From the NCBI GenBank assembly GCA_964516825.1, contig CAZFAR010000002.1, positions 1 to 31,966 of the forward strand: a stretch of 31,966 bases of DNA, written 5' to 3'. The notes under the pieces are model-generated. The model saw only the letters and a list, made by a program, of their open reading frames with translations, searched no databases and had not been told where the DNA came from. Of this stretch, positions 27,172-31,966 are shown piece after piece (the first letter of the stretch is position 1; the number at the start of each line of letters is the position of its first letter). Made by a program: the position numbers and the translations under genes. The DNA comes from an uncultured Thermococci archaeon (GTDB lineage: Archaea > Methanobacteriota_B > Thermococci > Methanofastidiosales > SZ-28-30).

Positions 27172-27497
27172 TCTATCACTTCCTCTGTCCTTTTCTGCAG
27201 CATGGTATATTTCCTGATGCCATTTGGTGAAAGATGTATAAAAAACTTTCCCTAACTAACGATGGTGAACAACAGTGATAATGCTGTTACACTAAATTCT
27301 CTTGTGCCATAGAACAGTGAGTATCACGAGGAATACGACAAATACAAATACCAAATACCACAAAGATTAAAAGGAAACACTACTTTATACAAATAGAGAG
27401 GTAAGACAATGACCAAGATGTGGTCAGAAATTTATGTGGTTCTCTTGAATTGGGAAAGTGAGAAAAGGAGGAATGCTTATTGTGTTTGGGAGAGCTC

Positions 27498-28181
27498 ATG
27501 AATTGGTTCAAGTCTTTTTTTCAGTTTTATAAGAGAATTAGAAGAACGTTTGGACGTAGAATTGCCAATGCTATAATTCTATTAATTAGTTTCCCACTTA
27601 TGTTCATATTGGCACTCATTGCAGTAGTCGTCTATGAGACTCTGCAGGTCCTTGGGTGGGGTCCTATTCTCTTCTGGATTTCGGTACTTGCTCTCGCAGT
27701 CTTCTTCATTAAGAGACTTGCTCAAAAACAAGGGAACGAATTAACAGATTATCACATTCCTGAAACAGGACGAAGAGATGTTCCTAAGACTCACTGTGAG
27801 AAGTACTTGCATTGCCTGAGCGCTAACATATTGTGTGGAACATGTGCAAGAACCAAGGAAACAGGAATCTCTATCTCTAAGGATGAGTACTTGCCAGAAC
27901 GTGATAGCCTATTCAACCTACATGAACCGAGACGTCGACCTCCACTTTCAGTTGAAAAAATGAAAGAACCTACTGAGGAATTAGGACAGCTACGAAGAGG
28001 TCATGAGGAAGATTTACCTAAGACAGAATTATCTATCAAGATGATTACAAGATGTCATGAATGTCCAGAATTTGAGAAAAAAAGAGGGAGATTTGGATAC
28101 TGTAGATTTCTTAACATGAGTATTAGTGATAACCATCTGGCCTGTGAAACAATGAGGAATTATGTAAAGGCCAACGATTAA
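27498..28181 (+). CDS. Hypothetical membrane protein with two TM helices and C-terminal Cys clusters (likely ATG at 27498; the track starts at TTG 27480)
   Basis: Hydrophobic AIILLISFPLMFILALIAVVVY and PILFWISVLALAVFFI; CEKYLHC...CGTC and CHEC...C.F...C. Confidence 0.55.
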   Translation: MNWFKSFFQFYKRIRRTFGRRIANAIILLISFPLMFILALIAVVVYETLQVLGWGPILFWISVLALAVFFIKRLAQKQGNELTDYHIPETGRRDVPKTHCEKYLHCLSANILCGTCARTKETGISISKDEYLPERDSLFNLHEPRRRPPLSVEKMKEPTEELGQLRRGHEEDLPKTELSIKMITRCHECPEFEKKRGRFGYCRFLNMSISDNHLACETMRNYVKAND

Positions 28182-28385
28182 TTATGTAGAGGTTAACGAT
28201 TATCTACATAGCAAGCTTGGATAAAGGATCAACCAAATATCGATAAGAGATTATACACTTCCTCACCGACATGGTTTCTCATGGAAGAAAAATGCTCTTT
28301 TCAATGGTGGTGATGGGAATCCCTTCCATGCCTGAGATGTGAACCATGTATATAATATAGTGCTTTCTCAAAATAACGTTGAAGT

Positions 28386-28412
28386 AAAAAAGGGGGACAT
28401 ATATATGTCCCT
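28386..28412 (-). terminator. Hairpin plus U-tract terminator after the 71-aa secreted peptide gene
   Basis: 18-bp perfect palindrome GGGACATATATATGTCCC at 28394-28411, followed on the minus strand by CCTTTTTT. Confidence 0.65.
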
Positions 28413-28440
28413 AGAATTGCTCTAAAAAGCACACCAAAAC

Positions 28441-28656
28441 TTACTCAAGCAGGCAGTTCGGAACTGGGGGCGGTCCATCAGGACGACTCAGCAGCCAAAC
28501 AAAGAGATCTCTCAGCCACTGTAGCCATTCTGTCAGTTTACACTCCTGAATGCCTGTAGACTCGCAGTCATCTGTACAGGGAGCTATCACTGGCCCAACA
28601 AAGCCTGTCATCAGCAGCCCTGCCACGACCAACATGAGGATCTTTCGGCTTCTCAT
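28441..28656 (-). CDS. 71-aa secreted Cys-containing peptide of unknown function
   Basis: Signal peptide MRSRKILMLVVAGLLMTGFVGPVIA; mature part has four Cys and a Trp-rich amphipathic helix; GGTGAT SD; promoter and terminator both visible. Confidence 0.7.
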   Translation of the reverse strand: MRSRKILMLVVAGLLMTGFVGPVIAPCTDDCESTGIQECKLTEWLQWLRDLFVWLLSRPDGPPPVPNCLLE

Positions 28657-28689
28657 TTATATCACCATGTCCTTTGAGGCAGACATAAT

Positions 28690-28703
28690 ATTTAAATATT
28701 TCG
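28690..28703. promoter_or_regulatory. Compact, probably bidirectional TATA region shared by the peptide gene and the divergent regulator
   Basis: Minus strand reads CCGAAATATTTAAATA. On the plus strand TTTAAATA lies about 25 bp before the ATG at 28720. The intergenic gap is only 63 bp. Confidence 0.55.
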
Positions 28704-28719
28704 GTTTTGAAAAGAGTAC

Positions 28720-29976
28720 ATGGTACGGCGGGACTTATCGACGAAGGAAAAACTGCTCCTTCAACTCATGGGGAACCAGCCTAATTTAACAAATAAAGAG
28801 CTGTGCGAAATCATAGGGTTCAAGTATGCCGAATATGTCTCCACACTCCAGAAAAAGCTTCAAAAAAGGGAATATTTTGATGGACCTCTGATGTTTGCTG
28901 ATTGGGGAAAGATTTTCAGAAATAGAGTTTCCCGAATCTATGCCTTTATCATGTTCGACATCTCCTACGACTCCATAAGAGCTTTGCTGCAGGAAGTTGG
29001 CTGCTGGTTCTACTTCTACCCACTTGAAGAGGGCGCTTTCCGCAAATACCTGGTAGTCTTCTTGAATACTGATACAGAAGAACTGAAGAGAGTATTTGAC
29101 TATCTCAAGAATAGTGGAATAATCTCCTACTACCATTTGTTTGAGCAGGAAGGAAAGCTGGGTGTAGTCAATCCCACCTTTCTCACAAATGGGAAGGATA
29201 CACCCATTCATCCCGATTTTGACCATCTCACGGAGGATGTTGATATTCCAGATTTGAGGTACGGTGCCTTTGCTGACATTTCCTTGAACAAGGTGGCCCA
29301 GCTCCTGATCATACACCTTTGGATGGGACGTGGTGGATGCGATCTCAGGAAGATAGTTCGGAAAGAAAATGAGTACAGAAAGGATCAGAGAACAGCTCTA
29401 AAAAAGATGCTGCGAGCAGAAAAACAGGAAGAAATGAGGGGAAAACTCAGGACAGAATTGAAAGAGTGGAAGGGAGATCTGCCTCTCAGAGAATTCAGAG
29501 AAGCTTATCAGCTGCTGGTTAGTCATGCTGTTCTGGAAAAGGTCTACTACGTGAACCCCTTCCCGCGCTCTATGTGCAGAGCTTTCATACTTCTGCTCAA
29601 GTGCAAATCTATTGAAGCGACAAATCGCATCATATTCAATTTCGGCAAAAATGTCAGAATATTCACCCGTTCATACATGCTCCAGTCCGTCGAGACAGGA
29701 ACATGGTACGGCGCAATCTATGCTGCAGGAGATCCTTTCCTTGAGGGAAAACTGATGAACAGCCTGGATCGGTGCCCTGAGATTGAAGACAGAAAATTGT
29801 TTCCTGTGCGCAGTTACCCTGCAAGCCATTGGGCAGCTCAAGGTATTCCTATCGAAGGATACTACGACCCAGAGACCCAAACCCTTGGCTATCCGTATGA
29901 CCTCTTTTATGAAAGAGTAAAGCAGAAAGTGGAAGAAGATTTCAATCAGAGGAGAGAAGCTAGAGCATTGGTATAG
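28720..29976 (+). CDS. 418-aa putative transcriptional regulator, Lrp/AsnC-like winged HTH, possibly a duplicated HTH-effector architecture
   Basis: LSTKEKLLLQLMGNQPNLTNKELCEIIGFKYAEYVSTLQKKLQKREYF HTH, followed by an alpha/beta segment. A second similar unit starts at LNKVAQLLIIHL, with a charged helical insert. Confidence 0.6.
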   Translation: MVRRDLSTKEKLLLQLMGNQPNLTNKELCEIIGFKYAEYVSTLQKKLQKREYFDGPLMFADWGKIFRNRVSRIYAFIMFDISYDSIRALLQEVGCWFYFYPLEEGAFRKYLVVFLNTDTEELKRVFDYLKNSGIISYYHLFEQEGKLGVVNPTFLTNGKDTPIHPDFDHLTEDVDIPDLRYGAFADISLNKVAQLLIIHLWMGRGGCDLRKIVRKENEYRKDQRTALKKMLRAEKQEEMRGKLRTELKEWKGDLPLREFREAYQLLVSHAVLEKVYYVNPFPRSMCRAFILLLKCKSIEATNRIIFNFGKNVRIFTRSYMLQSVETGTWYGAIYAAGDPFLEGKLMNSLDRCPEIEDRKLFPVRSYPASHWAAQGIPIEGYYDPETQTLGYPYDLFYERVKQKVEEDFNQRREARALV

Positions 29977-30182
29977 ATTGCCTCAAGAAGGTGTGCCTTT
30001 TCCTCATCCTCTGTCTCAGGGACCAATGCGGCTGAAGCAATCGTTCTCAATACCATGGCCTTGAGCATGGCTATTCTGAATTTTTCTACTTCCCCTTCAT
30101 CAACGGGGAGCCCTGCTGCTCGCATTTCCATTCTTATATTTTCTCTGTCAAGCTCTATCAGCTCCTCTTCGCTCATTTCCAT
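29946..30182 (-). CDS. 78-aa acidic helical hypothetical protein
   Basis: Strong GAGGTGA SD; BRE-TATA GCGAAAGATTAATAAA at 30214-30229; its 3' end overlaps the regulator's 3' end by 31 bp. Confidence 0.65.
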   Translation of the reverse strand: MEMSEEELIELDRENIRMEMRAAGLPVDEGEVEKFRIAMLKAMVLRTIASAALVPETEDEEKAHLLEAIYTNALASLL

Positions 30183-30254
30183 AGCATCACCTCTTCCTCA
30201 ATCTTCCGATCCCTTTATTAATCTTTCGCCCTCATTGCTGTCTCACCTTCGACT

Positions 30255-30272
30255 ATGTTACACGTGTAACAT
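30255..30272. repeat. parS-like palindrome copy 4, ATGTTACACGTGTAACAT (perfect 18-bp palindrome)
   Basis: Core at 30256-30271 is identical to copies 1 and 2. Confidence 0.9.
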
Positions 30273-30378
30273 TCCAGTATTCACTCATTAGATGTGGCAG
30301 AATAATTCATGAAACAATCTTACATCTTGGGAAAAGCTGGAATATTGCTCATGAAAGTATTAGATCTCTCTTGTAGAG

Positions 30379-30593
30379 TCATGAACGATAATTCTCCTTT
30401 ATGTAATTGTAATAATCTTCGTATGAGTATGTACAATCGAGATAATCCTGAAATGCTTCATCACAGTGACCACCGCTACCTTTCCATCTACTCTCATGGA
30501 GTATCTTTCGTGGCTACCGCCTTCGCTTCTTTCGAAACCTTTGCCTATTAAAGCAGATCTAATTCTACGAATTTTCATGCAGATCACACTCAA
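30379..30593 (-). pseudogene. HicA-like toxin gene disrupted by an internal deletion/frameshift
   Basis: N-half MKIRRIRSALIGKGFERSEGGSHERYSMRVDGKVAVVTVMKH is HicA-like. After a frame change the sequence reads FQDYLDCTYSYEDYYNYIKENYRS*, resembling the usual C-terminus of this group; the intervening helix seems to be missing. Confidence 0.6.
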
Positions 30594-31669
30594 GTTTTTG
30601 ACTCGAAAATCTGGATGAGCTTTTCTTTTATCTTCAGTGTTCTTTCGGTTAGTTCATTGTTCGGAATTTCTCTGTAGAATCGATAAAACTCATATAAATC
30701 CTTTCTAAATACCTTTCTTGCTTTTTCAACAGTATCATCTACTCCTACTACTCCCAACTCTTCATTTCTGACTACCCAGAAATCATCTTTATCATCATAT
30801 TTCTCAAATGATACTTCAGCTTTTATTGGCTTTTCCAACCAATTTTCGCCAATCTTGTCGATTATGAGTTCTTTGTTTTGTTCGATTCCATCTATCTCTA
30901 TGACTTCGGCAAATTTCTTCTTTGCTCCCACCCCAAATAGTCTAACAGGAACTCTCTCAGTTAGGAATTTGATGACTTTAGTCCTCCGTTCCCTAGGTAA
31001 GCTTATCTTCGAAAGCTTGTTGTCAAATGTTTTTATCCAAAAAACAGGATCAGGTGAATCATCTTTCAACCTTACGATAGCGCCTTCGATTTCCAATCTA
31101 TCTGTCTCGATCTCTTCTCTCAAATCGTGAGAAACACGATCTTTGAAAATTTTCCTGTTCATCTCAATGGTAATGGTCTGCCCTGTCGAATCATAAAAGA
31201 TTATACTCTCCTGAATTTCATCTTTCGGAAGTAGTTCATTCAGGTAATTAAAAACTGTAAATCTGGCTGCATGATCTGGTATGAGATTTCTAACTCTAGA
31301 TCGATAATCTTCTCCTCCATCTTGTAGGGAAACTAACAGCTCTCGCAACTTGTGGAACACATTCTCCTGCTTTGATTTCTGTTCTGGAAATTCTTCACTT
31401 GGATGTAATATAAAATGCTCATGAAAAGGAGACATCCTTAGAACTACACTCCCTTCTTCAAATGAAACCCTTAGAGTATACTTATCCTCTATGCTTTTTG
31501 TTCTTCTACCATACATATGACCTTCTTGGTCACAATATTGTCCCAGAGAATAAATCAAACCCTGAAAATTCAGTAAGATACTTCCAATAAGCTCTGCGGG
31601 TGCTCTGTCAATGGATATATCATCCCCTTCTATTTTATACAGTACAGTCAGAGTGTCCTTCATTTTCAT
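30590..31669 (-). CDS. About 360-aa AT-rich protein with a C-terminal HicB-like domain (likely ATG at 31669; the track starts at 31741)
   Basis: C-terminal FWVVRNEELGVVGVDDTVEKARKVFRKDLYEFYRFY matches the HicB partial RNase H pattern. It lies directly upstream of, and overlaps, the HicA-like gene. The N-terminal two-thirds are unrecognised. Confidence 0.6.
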   Translation of the reverse strand: MKMKDTLTVLYKIEGDDISIDRAPAELIGSILLNFQGLIYSLGQYCDQEGHMYGRRTKSIEDKYTLRVSFEEGSVVLRMSPFHEHFILHPSEEFPEQKSKQENVFHKLRELLVSLQDGGEDYRSRVRNLIPDHAARFTVFNYLNELLPKDEIQESIIFYDSTGQTITIEMNRKIFKDRVSHDLREEIETDRLEIEGAIVRLKDDSPDPVFWIKTFDNKLSKISLPRERRTKVIKFLTERVPVRLFGVGAKKKFAEVIEIDGIEQNKELIIDKIGENWLEKPIKAEVSFEKYDDKDDFWVVRNEELGVVGVDDTVEKARKVFRKDLYEFYRFYREIPNNELTERTLKIKEKLIQIFESKT

Positions 31670-31966
31670 GTGACGACCTTGGTGCTTTATAGTGAAAGGA
31701 ATATATAAATGTGCTGGTTCATTGACTAATAATGAAGTCATTGGCAGAAGAATTAGGTATTAACCCAGCCACAGATTTCCTATACATTACTAAATGCTAC
31801 AAGAATGGATTTACATTAGTTCACCCTAATTATGACAACTTCCCTCGTCTCAAGGTCACAGGAATGCAAAGCCACAAAACTGCTTTCAGTAATTTTTTAG
31901 TCGCCGAAATGCTGAAGGAAAGGAACCTTTTTTAAGAGGGAATTCCACCCACCTCCATGCTCGTGT

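Noticed and set aside
31732-31966. 67-aa ORF, or an IS end, at the right edge
   Set aside because: No SD, motif, terminal inverted repeat or transposase sequence could be supported.
1-31966. CRISPR arrays, tRNA/rRNA genes, intact transposases or integrases
   Set aside because: No regularly spaced repeat-spacer units, cloverleaf-like sequence or recombinase motifs were seen on reading through.

Overview
An archaeal chromosomal window. Evidence: BRE/TATA promoters such as CCGAAAGATTTATATA, GGAGG/GGTGA Shine-Dalgarno sites, pan divergent from mbf1, mer, and a GGR-family reductase. The gene mix suggests an uncultured anaerobic, peptide-degrading euryarchaeon such as Theionarchaea; that is inference and was not tested. 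The left half holds a TIR-domain gene (probably cut by the window edge), three very large secreted or surface proteins (1578-aa Ig-like repeat protein, gingipain-family C25 peptidase, 2172-aa membrane-anchored protein), small DNA-binding proteins, and a KaiC-like ATPase with a broken P-loop. The middle holds an RRE-radical SAM-SPASM enzyme facing a 34-aa precursor-like ORF missing from the ORF track, then mer, pan, mbf1 and a membrane FKBP. The right end is AT-richer accessory DNA with two decayed HicA/HicB-type toxin-antitoxin modules and a secreted Cys peptide/regulator pair. Two signals stand out: (1) a candidate archaeal RiPP locus; (2) four intergenic copies of the 16-bp palindrome TGTTACACGTGTAACA, which fits the bacterial parS centromere consensus. 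All family calls come from reading motifs by eye; no database searches were run.
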